Shown here: piece after piece, positions 1 through 12,378 of the stretch
Numbering within the stretch: position 1 is the stretch's first letter
Layout of the letters: the number at the start of each line of letters is the position of its first letter
Origin: Mobula hypostoma
Lineage: Eukaryota
DNA length: 64,000 bases
Reading direction: 5' to 3'
NCBI RefSeq assembly: GCF_963921235.1
Contig: NC_086097.1
Coordinates: forward strand, 199,208,001-199,272,000
The notes under the pieces: generated by a model
The model's input: only the letters and a program-made list of their open reading frames with translations
Told to the model about the DNA's origin: nothing
The model's database searches: none
Program-made: the position numbers and the translations under genes

Positions 1-660
1 CATGATCAATGCCTCTCATGATCTTATACACCTCTATTAGGTTACCTCTTATCCAAGGAGAAAAGGTCAAGTTCACTCAACCTATTCTCATAAGGCATGC
101 TCTCCAATCAAGGCAACATCCTTGCAGATCTCCTCTGCACTCTCTCTATAGTATCCACATTATTCCTTTAATGAGTTGGCCAGAACTGAAACAACACACA
201 TAAAAGTTGCTGGTGAATGCAGCAGGCCAGGCAGCATCTCTAGGAAGAGGTGCAGTCGACGTTTCAGGACGAAGGGTCTTGGCCTGAAACATCGACTGCA
301 CCTCTTCCTAGAGATGCTGCCTGGCCTGCTGCGTTCACCAGCAACTTTTATGTGTGTTGCTTGAATTTCCAGCATCTGCAGAATTCCTGTTGTTTGGCCA
401 GAACTGAATACAGTTCTCCAAGTGGGGTCTAACTACGGTCTTATATAGCTATAGCATGATCTCATGGCTGTTGAACTCAATCCCACAGCCGATGAAGGCC
501 AACACACCATATGCCTTCTTAACAACACCGTCAACCCATGCAGTAGCTTTGACTGACCTCAAGATCTCGCTGATCCTCCGCACTGCCAAGAATCTTACCA
601 TTAATAATATATTCTGTCTTCAAACTTAACCTACCAAAATGAAGCACTTCACACTTGAAG
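1..660 (-). mobile_element. Decayed CR1 LINE fragment (RT C-terminal region), interrupted by a PLE hairpin at 191-393
   Basis: Sequence parallels the CR1 copies at 891-2027 and 29150-31270 (e.g. ggcaacatccttg, gatgaaggccaacacaccatatgcc) and is split by TSD TTGGCCAGAACTGAA. Confidence 0.8.
191..393. mobile_element. Penelope pLTR-derived fold-back mini-element
   Basis: Inverted arms 192-268 and 283-359 matching the PLE pLTR at 12306-12380, plus a ~35-bp tail. Perfect 15-bp TSD TTGGCCAGAACTGAA at 176-190 and 394-408. Confidence 0.9.
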
Positions 661-819
661 CATGTGAGTATATGAAGCAGCACCAAAGCAGTCATCAATA
701 TAGTGCAGAAAGAGTTGGGGAGCATTACCAAGGAACGCTTGGAACATGGACTGTTCCACATAGACAATGAAAAGGCAGGCATAACTGTAGCTTATTCTAC
801 TATTTTACATTTTTAACAG

Positions 820-2225
820 AAACCATAGAAAAACTACAGCACAGAAACAGGCCTTTTGGCCCTTCTTGGCTGTGCCGAACCATTTTCTGCCTAGTCCCAC
901 AGACCTGCACACGGACCATATCCCTCCATACACCTCCCATCCATGTATCTGTCCAGTTTATTCTTAAATGTTAAAAAAGAACCCACATTTGCCACCTCAT
1001 CTGCCAGCTCATTCCATACTCCCACCACTCTCTGTGTGAAGAAGCCCCCCCTAATGTTCCCTTTAAACTTTTCCCCCCTCACCCTTAACCCATGTCCTCT
1101 GGTTTTTTTCTCCCCTTGCCTCAGTGGAAAAAGCCTGCTTGCATTCACTCTATCTATAGCCATCATAATTTTATATACCTCTATCAAATCTACCCTCATT
1201 CTTCTACGCTCCAGGGAATAAAGTCCTAACCTATTCAACCTTTCTCTGTAACTGAGTTTCTCAAGTCCCGGCAACATCCTTGTAAACCTTCTCTGCACTC
1301 TTTCAACCTTATTTATATCCTTCCTGTAATTTGGTGACCAGAACTGAACACAATACTCCAGATTCGGCCTCACCAATGCCTTATACAACCTCATCATAAC
1401 ATTCCAGCTCTTATACTCAATACTTTGATTAATAAAGGCCAATGTACCAAAAGCTCTCTTTACGACCCTATCTACCTGTGATGCCACTTTTAGGGAATTT
1501 TGTATCTGTATTCCCAGATCCCTCTGTTCTACTGCACTCCTCAGTGCCTTACCATTTACCCTGTATGTTCTATGTTGGTTTGTCCTTCCAACGTGCAATA
1601 CCTCACACTTGTCTGTATTAAACTCCATCTGCCATTTTTCAGCCCATTTTTCCAGCTGGTCCAAGTCCCTCTGCAAGCTTTGAAAACCTTCCTCACTGTC
1701 CACTATGCCTCCAATCTTTGTATCATCAGCAAATTTGCTGGTCCAATTTACCACATTATCATCCAGATCATTGATATAGATGACAAATAACAATGGACCC
1801 AGCACTGATCCCTGTGGCACGCCACTAGTCACAGGCCTCCACTCTGAGAAGCAATTCTCTACTACCACTCTTTGTCTTCTTCCATTGAGCCAATGTCTAA
1901 TCCAATTTACCACCTCTCCATGTATACCTAGCGATTGAATTTTCCTAACTAACCTCCCATGCGGGACCTTGTCAAAGGCCTTACTGAAGTCCATGTAGAC
2001 AACATCCACTGCCTTCCCTTCATCCACTTTCCTGGTAACCTACTCGAAAAACACCAATAGATTGGTCAAACATGACCTACCACGCACAAAGCCACGTTGA
2101 CTCTCCCTAATAAGTCCCTGTCTATCCAAATGCTTGTAGATTCTGTCTTTTAGTACACCCTCCAATAACTTACCCACTACCGACGTCAAGTTTACCGGCC
2201 TATAATTTCCCAGATTACTTTTCGA
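820..2225 (-). mobile_element. CR1 LINE, 5'-truncated, with an open RT ORF (891-2027)
   Basis: ORF has CR1 RT motifs ([43 protein letters not shown]) and is followed by a 3' UTR. Confidence 0.95.
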
Positions 2226-2358
2226 TTCATTTTTTTAAATCTTAATGAAATATGAGTACACTTTGTTAGTAATCATTAAAATGATCGAAGCTCATGGAAT
2301 AATATTATTTAGGTGATTTATCAAAATATTAAAAGAACTATTCTTGCCACAGGCTTGC

Positions 2359-2376
2359 TTATTGATCAATACACCG
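2359..2376 (-). CDS. Candidate last coding exon of an unidentified host gene (RCIDQ*)
   Basis: Pyrimidine-rich acceptor tcttctccaattctaatctacccAG, phase 0, in frame with the exon at 2505-2558 across a 128-bp GT-AG intron. Confidence 0.5.
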   Translation of the reverse strand, partial: RCIDQ

Positions 2377-2504
2377 CTGGGTAGATTAGAATTGGAGAAG
2401 ATTTTAAGAATTGCAGTAATGGAAAAAGTTAAAATACGTAAGGTCTTCCATAACCAGAAGGCAATATTACATTTAAATCCTGATGCAAAAGGAGGGGATC
2501 TTAC

Positions 2505-2558
2505 ACTTGCTGAAAAGTCATCAACTTTGTTGAGGATTTTGATAACATCTTTCATTAG
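2505..2558 (-). CDS. Candidate host exon (LMKDVIKILNKVDDFSAS)
   Basis: 54 nt, acceptor ccgtAG, strong donor GTAAGA. Only phase 0 is open and it matches the neighbouring exons. Confidence 0.55.
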
Positions 2559-4099
2559 CTACGGTTGAATTTCCCCAGATGAATACATGATCAATACTGA
2601 TAGTTGACAACAGGGAATGTTTGTGACTGATATTGATTTCTAATAGAAAGTTAAATTCTGTTTCTAAAAGTATGTTTGAAAAATGGTTAGGATTCTTCAT
2701 AGACCAAAGGATGGTGTAAAAAACACTGGGTGCTAGCTGGAAGGCATTCAAGGATGAGGGTAATGAGAGCAAAATATACAAGGATATCCTCCTTGCCCCT
2801 ACTTTAATATATCCATTTAGCTCCATCAGGTTAATACCAAGACATCAAAGTCATTTAGGAGACATGTTAGATTCTAAGGAAATGGTTCTAGAATCAAAAA
2901 TACATAAATATTCTGGCAAAAACAGTGCAAAAGGGAAGGATCTAAGGTAGATGTTAAATAATGTATAAATGAGTCATTGTAATGTAGTAACAGTATGCTA
3001 TCTTTCTTCTGGATATACATTGGCAGTGTACAACCACTAAATTCAGACTTGACAACTTACTGAGTTGACTACAATTAAAGTCTATTCATGTAACATTATC
3101 ACTTTGCTTTGTGGACCATGTCCCAGTTTATAAAGTAATACAATTGGAATCAATATCACAACTTAAGAAGTAGCAGAAACATACAGAATTTTGCCAGGCT
3201 TCCTGATGGGGAATGTGTTCACATAAATATCGGGCATGGAGTTAAATAGCATTTGAAGTTTATTCCCAAACTCACATGTGTTATGTTTTATGACTTCAAA
3301 ACATTAAACTAATTCAAATGAAGATATGGGAGTCCAAAATGTAAGTGTAACTTCAAGTTTATTTCAAGCAAGGTGCGCATGTATCATGTGGTTGTGTGAT
3401 GTAGATTTGACATTTGGGTTAAGCTGGTGGATACTGCATTATAAACACCAAGCTGCAATGTTAAAGATAGAAGGGAAGAATGCTCTGTGGGGAGGGGGGA
3501 AGTGAATTTCTAGAAATCATTCAGATGAGGAATGAAGATTCAGGCATTCTTCTCCCATATCTATATTCATGTTTTTGCCATGTCCAACCTTTACAGACTC
3601 TGAATGAAATGCAAGAGGTCTTGCTGCTTGGAATAAGCAGCCCAAAGGTAATTCAAGGTAGGCCAGGTGAATTTCCAAATACAAAAATAATTCAAAGTAG
3701 GTCAGGTGAATTTTCAAATGCAATTACTTCTGTAGCTTTTTCATATTTGGGCAACTTCAAACTCTGGAAAGTTGGCTCGTCCCTGTCAGAAATAAGTAAT
3801 GTTTGCTGGCAATTGAAGCAAATCAGTTTAACTGTATAAAAGGAAGTTAAGACTTAAAACCTAATTCTATTTGTTAAAGTTTGGCAGAATGGGTAGTGGA
3901 AAGCATATGCCTTTCAAACTTGAAATACTAGAGTGTCAGCTCATTAATAATAATGGTGGGAAGCTGTGTTGAGGATAATGACAGGTGGAGCGCGACAAAT
4001 TAATGGTATTATACTAGCAAGCACTGAAATGCAAACCCATTTCTGGGGAGACAGCTCCAAACAGCACAAAGCTGGCAGGAATGAAAACAATAATTTCAT

Positions 4100-4215
4100 C
4101 CCAAAATGTCAACTGTTTACTCATTTCCATAGATGCTGCCTAATCTGCTGTGTTCCTCCAGAATTTTGTGTGCGTTGCTCTGGACTTCCAGCATCTGTAG
4201 AATTTCTTGTGTTTA
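4100..4215 (+). mobile_element. Old Penelope pLTR 3' fragment
   Basis: agatgctgcc…gttcctccag…ttttgtgtg…ccagcatctg motif shared with the other PLE termini. Confidence 0.65.
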
Positions 4216-4408
4216 TGAAAATAATAGGCTTTTTTAATGCTGTTACATTGAATACATTCCACAATGCTATCACTGTCTTAATTCCTTTTCCCTTTATGTT
4301 TAAGGGAATGGGAGTTGTAAATGAACAGGTTACAGACAAAATTATGACCAAGACATAAGTTGATTAAATTTGGACAGCATTAGGATTTTAGAAACTGCGG
4401 GATATTTA

Positions 4409-4900
4409 CAGTGGTATGCAAAAGTTTGGGTACCCTGGTCAAAATTTCTGTTACTGTGAATAGCTAAGCAAGTAAAAGATGATCTGATTTCCAAAAGGCA
4501 TAAAGTTAAAGATGTCACATTTCTTTAATTTCTTAAGCAAGATTAATTTTTTATTTCCATATTTTACAGTTTCAAAATAACGAAGAAGGAAAAAGGCCTG
4601 AAGCAAAAGTTTGGGCACCCTGCACGGTCAGTACTTAGTAACACCTCCTTTGGCAGGTATTACAGCTTGTAAACACTTTCTGTAGCCAGCTAAGAGTCTT
4701 TCAATTCTTGTTTGGGGGATTTTCGCCCATTCTTCCTTGCAAAAGGCTTCTAGTTCTGTGAAATTCTTGGGCCATCTTGCATGCACTGCTCTTTTGAGGT
4801 CTATCCACAGATTTTCAATGAGGTTTAGGTCTGGGGACTATGAGGGCCATGGCAAAACCTTCAGCTTGCGCCTCTTGAGGTAGTCCATTGTGGATTATAT
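4409..4900 (-). mobile_element. Tc1-family DNA transposon end fragment (IR/DR type)
   Basis: TA at 4407-4408 followed by CAGTG terminus. Direct repeat GCAAAAGTTTGGG(T/C)ACCC at 4418-4435 and 4603-4620. Minus strand 4805-4849 reads WPS*SPDLNLIENLW (Tc1 DDE motif). Confidence 0.85.
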
Positions 4901-4989
4901 TTAGTGACTTTACATTTGGATGATCTGTTATTGCAAGTGCATCAAAGGATAGTTGCCATATCGCAGGTTTGCAGTCGTAACATCTCACC

Positions 4990-5220
4990 AGCACTGTGGA
5001 TGCTGGAATCTGGAGCAACAATTAACTAGAGGAACTCTGCAAGTCAAGTAGCATTTGTGGGGTGAGGATGGGAAGGAATTGCTGACATCTTTGGTCAAAC
5101 CGCTAGATCAGGAGGTTAACGCTTCAGGTCAAAACCCTTCATCAGTCTGAATCATTGGCATTTCTTTGCCCCACAGATGCTACTCGATCTGCTGAGTTCC
5201 TCCAGCAGGTTATTTGTTGC
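4990..5220. mobile_element. Old, degenerate Penelope inverted pLTR remnant
   Basis: gatgctggaatctggagcaa…gaggaactc on one side, acagatgctactcgatctgctgagttcctccagc on the other, with a decayed CTGATGA…GAA core between. Confidence 0.55.
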
Positions 5221-6188
5221 ACATCTTGCCAGTCTCCTCTTGCACTGCTTCTCCAATATGTCCTGATTGCACTCTCTGTTGTTGAAGGCTCACTGATACT
5301 ATGGTAGTATCTGTTGCATATGCCACCTATGTTCTATGTGCACCACCTTCCTCTCTTCAATAACAATAATAAGAACTTTAATTTTTGTCTCTATTTTTTC
5401 AAAGGATGTTATTAAACTAAAATTGACAGGAAGCCATACAAGATCACATTTGTTCCAATGTTCAAAAGCCTGATAAAGACTCTAAAGAACATAGCAACAG
5501 GAGATAGAAAAGCCATTCACTCTGCTATTCTGCAAGGTTATGGTTCATCTGTTACCTCTGCTCCTTTCCAGCACAAACCCCTTACTCTTCATTCTTTTCC
5601 TTGAATATGCAATGACTGACCTTCCACAGCTCTCCCAGATAGAGGAATCCAAAGATTCAGTACTCTTTGTACAAAGGAATTTCTTCTTCTCAGCTCAGGT
5701 TTGAATGGTGGACCCTTTATTTTGGGACTGTGATTCCTTGAATTAGACACAGCCAAGGGAAATATCAGCTCAAATCTACCCTTAAGATATCAAAAAATAT
5801 TTTGCTATCACCTCATTCTTCTAACAAGAGTACAGGCCCAGTCTGATTGCCATCATACCCAAAACCCATTGTCCCAGAAAGCAATCGGTTGCAGTCTCTG
5901 TATTGTATCCTTAGCAGGGAAGCTATAATACTTTAACATGTTTTCTTTTAAAGATGGAATCAGAGTTTTATCCTTTCATAAAGTCATTTTATTTTCCTTA
6001 AATGGAATAATTTCCTAAAATATGTGCATTGAGCACAGTGCACACATATGTAAGGTTGTTTCACATCCCCTTGACCACAGTGGGAACTTCTACTGACCTT
6101 GAACAATGTCTTCAGTATTTCCTCTCAATATCTTCTCAATTGTGTACAGTTAGCCAAAGGCACTTCAGGGACCTGATCATGTTTTGGG

Positions 6189-6635
6189 CAACACACACAA
6201 AATGCTGGAGGAACTCAGGCAGCTGTGGAGGCTAAGTCATTGGGTATATTTAAAGTGGAGGCTGATAGGTTCTTGATTAATAAGGATGTCAAAGGTTACG
6301 GGAAGAAGGCAGGAAAATGGAGTTGAGAGGGATAATAAATCGGTCATGATGGATTATGGAGCACAATTGATGGGCTGAATGACCTAACTTGGCTTCTATG
6401 TCTTATAATCTTAATAATAGAGGGAAATAAACAGTTGACATTTGGGGCTGACACCCTTCATCAGGACAGGAAAGGTAGGAAGCAGAAGCCAGAATAAGAA
6501 GGTAGGGCATGAGGGGTGAGGGGGAGTGGGGGTGGGGAGAGGGTAAGGAGTATAAGCTGGCAAAGCTGGGAGGTGATAGGTGGAAGAGGTAAAGGGATGA
6601 AGAAGGAATCTCATAGGAGAGGACAGTGGACAATG
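6189..6635. mobile_element. Old Penelope pLTR (minus) interrupted by a CR1 3' fragment (about 6222-6410, plus)
   Basis: caacacacacaaaatgctggaggaactc end, decayed hammerhead core at about 6431-6470, purine-rich pLTR body, and CR1 3' end with a ttctatgtcttat tail. Confidence 0.6.
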
Positions 6636-6855
6636 ATGAGAGACCGTAGAAATATGTTGTTTCATATTTTCAATATCAGATCCTGAATGATATTTTTCTT
6701 GTCATGAGCAATTCTGCATGAATCTGTCTCATCTGAGATCTGATAAATGAACAGAAGCCAAGATTCTATGGCTTCTAAGTTCCCCCAGTATTCCAGGAGT
6801 AGTCTCACCAGGGCCCAATTTAATTTCAGTTACAAAACATCTTTACTCTTATATT

Positions 6856-8572
6856 AAGGAGGACATAAATAATCTTCCAGAAATAGTAAGGGACAGAGGG
6901 TCCAGTGAGATGGAGGAACTGAGTGAAATACATGTTAGTAGGGAAGTGGTGTTAGGTAAATTGAAGGGATTGAAGGCAGATAAATCCCCAGGGCCAGATG
7001 GTCTGCATCCTAGAGTGCTTAAGGAAGTAGCCCAAGAAATAGTGGATGCATTAGTGATAATTTTTCAAAACTTGTTAGATTCTGGACTAGTTCCTGAGGA
7101 TTGGAGGGTGGCTAATGTAACTCCAATTTTTAAAAAAGGAGGGAGAGAGAAACCGGGGAATTATAGACCGGTTAGCCTAACGTCGGTGGTGGGGAAACTG
7201 CTGGAGTCAGTTATCAAGGATGTGATAACAGCACATTTGGAAAGTGGAGAAATGATCGGACAAAGTCAGCATGGATTTGTGAAAGGAAAATCATGTCTGA
7301 CGAATCTCATAGAATTTTTTGAGGATGTAACTAGTAGAGTGGATAGGGGAGAACCAGTGGATGTGGTATATTTGGATTTTCAAAAGGCTTTTGACAAGGT
7401 CCCACACAGGAGATTAGTGTGCAAACTTAAAGCACACGGTATTGGGGGTAAGGTACTGGTGTGGGTGGAGAATTGGTTAGCAGACAGGAAGCAAAGAGTG
7501 GGAATAAACGGGACCTTTTCAGAATGGCAGGCGGTGACTAGTGGGGTACCGCAAGTCTCAGTGCTGGGACCCCAGTTGTTTACAATATATATTAATGACT
7601 TGGATGAGGGGAATTAAATGCAGCATCTCCAAGTTTGCGGATGACACGAAGCTGGGTGGCAGTGTTAGCAGTGAGGAGGATGCTAAGAGGATGCAGGGTG
7701 ACTTGGATAGGTTGGGTGAGTGGGCAAACTCATGGCAGATGCAATTTAATGTGGCTAAATGTGAAGTTATCCACTTTGGTGGCAAAAATAGGAAAACAGA
7801 TTATTATCTGAATGGTGGCCGATTAGGAAAAGGGGAGGTGCAACAAGACCTGGGTGTCATTATACACCAGTCATTGAAAGTGGGCATGCAGGTACAGCAG
7901 GCGGTGAAAAAGGCGAATGGTATGCTGGCATTTATAGTGAGAGGATTCGAGTACAGGAGCAGGGAGGTACTACTGCAGTTGTACAAGGCCTTGGTGAGAC
8001 CACACCTGGAGTATTGTGTGCAGTTTTGGTCCCCTAATCTGAGGAAAGACATCTTTGCCATAGAGGGAGTACAAAGAAGGTTCACCAGATTGATTCCTGG
8101 GATGGCAGGACTTTCATATGAAGAAAGACTGGATGAACTGGGCTTGTACTCGTTGGAATTTAGAAGATTGAGGGGGGATCTGATTGAAACGTATAAGATC
8201 CTAAAGGGATTGGACAGGCTAGATGCAGGAAGATTGTTCCCGATGTTGGGGAAGTCCAGAACGAGGGGTCACAGTTTGAGGATAGAGGGGAAGCCTTTTA
8301 GGACCGAGATTAGGAAAAACTTCTTCACACAGAGAGTGGTGAATCTGTGGAATTCTCTGCCACAGCAAACTGTTGAGGCCAGTTCATTGGCTATGTTTAA
8401 GAGGGAGTTAGATATGGCCCTTGTGGCTACAGGGGTCAGGGGGTATGGAGTGAAGGCTGGGGTGGGGTTCTGAGTTGGATGATCAGCCATGATCATAATA
8501 AATGGCGGTGCAGGCTCGAAGGGCCGAATGGCCTACTCCAGCACCTATTTTCTATGTTTCTATGTTTCTATG
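6856..8572 (+). mobile_element. Young CR1 LINE, 5'-truncated, with one frameshift near 7610
   Basis: ORFs 6910-7617 and 7541-8473 carry RT motifs ([21 protein letters not shown]). (TTTCTATG)n tail and TATATT at both flanks. It appears to be inserted in an older minus-strand CR1 relic. Confidence 0.95.
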
Positions 8573-9951
8573 TATATTCAAATCCTCTTGAAATAAATGC
8601 CAACTTAATTACTTGATATAATTTCATATAAAATTAGAGTAATCTATGTACTAGTACACCCTGATCCTGCTGAACAATGCCTTTCAACTCCTCATCATTA
8701 AAAAGCACTTAATACTATTTTTTTCTTTTCATAATAACTGGATAATCTCATATGTCTCCATGTTATATTCCACTTGCTATTCACTCAATCACTTGGCCTG
8801 TCCCACATCTATCTAAAGTCAATCCGTATTTGTGTTACAATCAACACAGCACCCAGCTTTGTATTAACTAAATCATGATATGTTATACTTGATCCCCTCA
8901 CCAATTCATTGTTATCAGTTGTCAGCCGCTGGGGCCCTGTATGTTCCCTACAGCATTCCACAAATAACAACCTCCCAACCCAAAATTACACATGTAGTCA
9001 TAATCTTTATTTTCTATCAATTATTACCTCAGATCTTGGCAGCTCTAATTATCCTAAAGGCATATAAAATGTTAAAAGATGGAAAAGTTTACGATAGGAA
9101 TGTCAGATTTTCATAACTGGCAGCTGAAGGCATGTCCATCACTGACTCAGGGATTAATATTGGAAAAGATTAAGTGACCAGAATATTTACCTTATTTTAT
9201 CTTGCAGGCCATAAGTTGCTTCATTTGCCTTTAAATTGATAGGTCCATTACTCATCAAACTGTAAATTTACTTTCTACTGGTTTGTCACCTCATCCTCCA
9301 ATCCTACTGTTAGTTTAGTTTGAAATAGTTCAGCAGCGAATGAATGCTTAATGCTTCAAGCTAATATACTGTGGATTTCTTTTCAATGTGTTCTTTTGCA
9401 AAAATAGAATTGAAATTTGCCAAAATGACGGTTATTTTATGTAGTGTGCCACTAAATAGGCCAGCAAAAGATTGCACTGAAGGCCAATATATATCAGATC
9501 AAGTCCTCTGCTGAAATGTTTCATTAAAAATGCATCAAGCCTGAAAAATATAAATGAGAAATAAAAACCTTTATTGACTGCACCAGTCTTCTAAGAATAA
9601 ACAAAAGCTTACTGAACAATTTAAAAGTTGTTTGATGTAGAAATTCCTGGAATTTATTTGGTTACACTTCATGCTGTTACAATTGCTCTCTGCCAACATC
9701 ACCAGCTCCTGCCTTCACATTCTGCTTTTTGATTATACAAATGATTTTATTGGTTTCTTTGGTAATTCTAAACAGTGGTCTCTCCTCTGTGACTTCTCAG
9801 TTTTCAGACTTGTTCTTCCTTCTAATCACTACTAGGAACCATGGATTTAGTTGACCTGAAGGTTAATGAATAATTTAGCAAAAAAAGAAAATCTGTAATA
9901 TTTTCCTTACTCATAAAGGTAGTTGGACAGGATAAAGTCTTATAAAATTAC

Positions 9952-10021
9952 CTTCTTTTGAGTGGTGTATAAATTGCAATTGGAGCTGGCTTGTTCACAA
10001 TAATCCAGCTTAATGCCAACT
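9952..10021 (-). CDS. Candidate host exon ((R)VGIKLDYCEQASSNCNLYTTQKK)
   Basis: 70 nt, acceptor tactatttcaAG, donor AAG|GTAATT. Phase 2 to 0, compatible with the flanking exons. Confidence 0.6.
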
Positions 10022-10110
10022 CTTGAAATAGTACAGACTAGTTTTGATGTTTTGACTAGCATTTGAATTAACAGTATTAATTTCACTGTACATCCTAGTT
10101 TGAGCAATAC

Positions 10111-10176
10111 CTTGCAAGTAGACCTGTGAGAGCTGGCCAGCACTGGGGATCCTGGGATTTTATTGCCTGATGAAAC
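10111..10176 (-). CDS. Candidate host exon (FHQAIKSQDPQCWPALTGLLA(R))
   Basis: 66 nt, acceptor ttttccatgcacatcAG, donor AAG|GTATTG, with an 89-bp intron to the next exon and matching phase 2. Confidence 0.6.
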
Positions 10177-10632
10177 CTGATGTGCATGGAAAACTTTACA
10201 GTCAAAAGTTATAATGGGCAAGGAACTGGATCGTGAAGCTTTGTTTCTTTTGGAGATACAGAAAGGATTTTGGCTGAATTTCAATCACAAATACTTATCA
10301 GTATCACACAGAAAATGCTGGAGGTCAGAGTGGGGATTAGAGGAGGGGGGATATTTTTACTGGAAGGAGAAATTGATAGTGATATTATCAGGTTGGAGGC
10401 TACCCAGGAGGAATAATACCCCTGAGGGTGGCCTCATCTTGGCACCAACATGTCAGAACAGGAACCTCTTCCTCTATTCCCCAATCTGACCTTTTACCTC
10501 TTCTCACCTGCCTATCACTCCCCCCAGGTCGCCTCCTTCTTCCCTTTCTCCTATGGTCTACTCTCCTCTCCTCTCAATTCCTTCTTCTCCAGCCCTTGAC
10601 CTTTCCCACCCACCTGGTTTCATGTATCACCT

Positions 10633-12378
10633 CAAACAACAGGAATTCTGCAGATGCTGGAAATTCAAGCAACATCCCCCATCAAGAAGGTCTCAAAGCT
10701 CTAGGCTTTTTTTTGGATTCCAGACCTAATCAGTTCCCCTCTACCACCACTCTGCTCCGTCTAGCGGAATTACTCCTTACTCTTAATAATTTCTCCTTTG
10801 GCTCCTCCCACTTCTTCCAAACTAAAGGTGTAGCTATGGGCACCCATATGGGTCCTAGCTATGCCTGCCTTTTTGTTGGCTTTGTGGAACAATCTATGTT
10901 CCGTGCCTATTCTAGTATCTGTCCCCCACTTTTCCTTTGCTACATCGACGACTGCATTGGCGCTGCTTCCTGCACGCATGCAGAGCTCATTGACTTTATT
11001 AACTTTGCCTCCAACTTTCACCCTGCCCTCAAGTTTACCTGGTCCATTTCCGACACCTCCCTCCCCTTTCTAGATCTTTCTGTCTCTGTCTCTGGAGACA
11101 GTTTATCCACTGATGTCTACTATAAGCCTACTGACTCTCACAGCTACTGGACTATTCCTCTTCTCACCCTGCCTCTTGCAAAAACGCCATCTCCTTCTCG
11201 CAATTCCTCCGTCTCCGCCGCATCTGCTCTCAGGATGAGGCTTTTCATTCTAGGACGAGGGAGATGTCTTCCTTTTTTAAAGAAAGGGGCTTCCCTTCCT
11301 CCACTATCAACTCTGCTCTTAAACGCATCTCCCCCATTTCACGTACATCTGCTCTCACTCCATCCTCCCGCCACTCCACTAGGAATAGGGTTCCCCTGGT
11401 CCTCACCTACCACCCCACCAGCCTCCGGGTCCAACATATTATTCTCCGCAACTTCCGCCACCTCCAACGGGATCCCACCACTAAGCACATCTTTCCCTCC
11501 CCCCCCCTGCATTCCGCAGGGATCGCTCCCTACGCGACTCCCTTGTCCATTCGTTCCCCCACTGATCTCCCTCCTGGCACTTATCCGTGTAAGCGGAACA
11601 AGTGCTACACATGCCCTTACACTTCCTCCCTTACCACCATTCAGGGCCCCAAACAGTTCTTCCAGGTGAGGCAACACTTCACCTGTGAGTCGGCTGGGGT
11701 GATATACTGCGTCCGGTGCTCCCGATGTGGCCTTTTATATATTGGCGAGACCCGACGCAGACTGGGAGACCGCTTTGCTGAACACCTACGCTCTGTCTGC
11801 CAGAGAAAGCAGGATCTCCCAGTGACCACACATTTTAATTCCACATCCCATTCCCATTCTGACATGTCTATCCACAGCCTCCTCTACTGTAAAGATGAAG
11901 CCACACTCAGGTTGGAGGAACAACACCTTATAATCCGTCTGGGTAGCCTCCAACCTGATGGCATGAACATCGACTTCTCTAACTTCCGCTAATGCCCCAC
12001 CTCCCCCTCGTACCCCATCTGTTACTTATTTTTATGCACACATTCTTTCTCTCACTCTCCTTTTTCTCCCTCTGTCCCTCTGAATATACCCCTTGCCCAT
12101 CCTCTGGGTCCCCCCCACTTGTCTTTCTTCCCAGACCTCCTGTCCCATGATCCTCTCGTATCCCTTTTGCCTATCACCTGTCCAGCTCTTGGCTCTATCC
12201 CTCCCCCTCCTGTCTTCTCCTATCATTTTGGATCTCCCCCTCCCCCTCCAACTTTCAAATCCCTTACTCACTCTTCCTTCAGTTAGTCCTGACGAAGGGT
12301 CTCGGCCTGAAACGTCGACTGCACCTCTTCCTAGAGATGCTGCCTGGCCTGCTGCGTTCACCAGCAACTTTTATGTGT
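10633..12378 (+). mobile_element. Penelope-like retroelement, 5'-truncated: RT + GIY-YIG endonuclease + pseudo-LTR
   Basis: RT motifs QTKGVAMGTHMGPSYA and YIDD. After a frameshift near 11148 come the Zn-binding CKRNKCYTC and the GIY-YIG VIYCVRCSRCGLLYIGETRRRLGDRFAEH, ending LGSLQPDGMN. Inverted tail at 10634-10674 and 16-bp TSD GTTTCATGTATCACCT (10617-10632, 12379-12394). Confidence 0.95.
12285..12320 (+). ncRNA. Minimal type I hammerhead ribozyme in the PLE pseudo-LTR
   Basis: AGTC-CTGACGA-AGGGTCTCGGCCT-GAAAC-GTC^GACT: complete catalytic core, stem I AGUC/GACU, short stem II and palindromic ACGU stem III. Confidence 0.85.

Noticed and set aside
3278..3405. Possible short solo LTR starting TGTTATG
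   Set aside because: No clear CA end or TSD could be identified.
3649..3719. 39-bp-period duplication (taattcaa.gtagg.caggtgaattt.caaat x2)
   Set aside because: Ordinary local tandem duplication, as is the 30-bp duplication at about 30289-30345.
10428..11669. 413-aa ORF as a single protein
   Set aside because: It is a chimera of old pLTR, inverted tail, RT and an out-of-frame 3' part after the frameshift.
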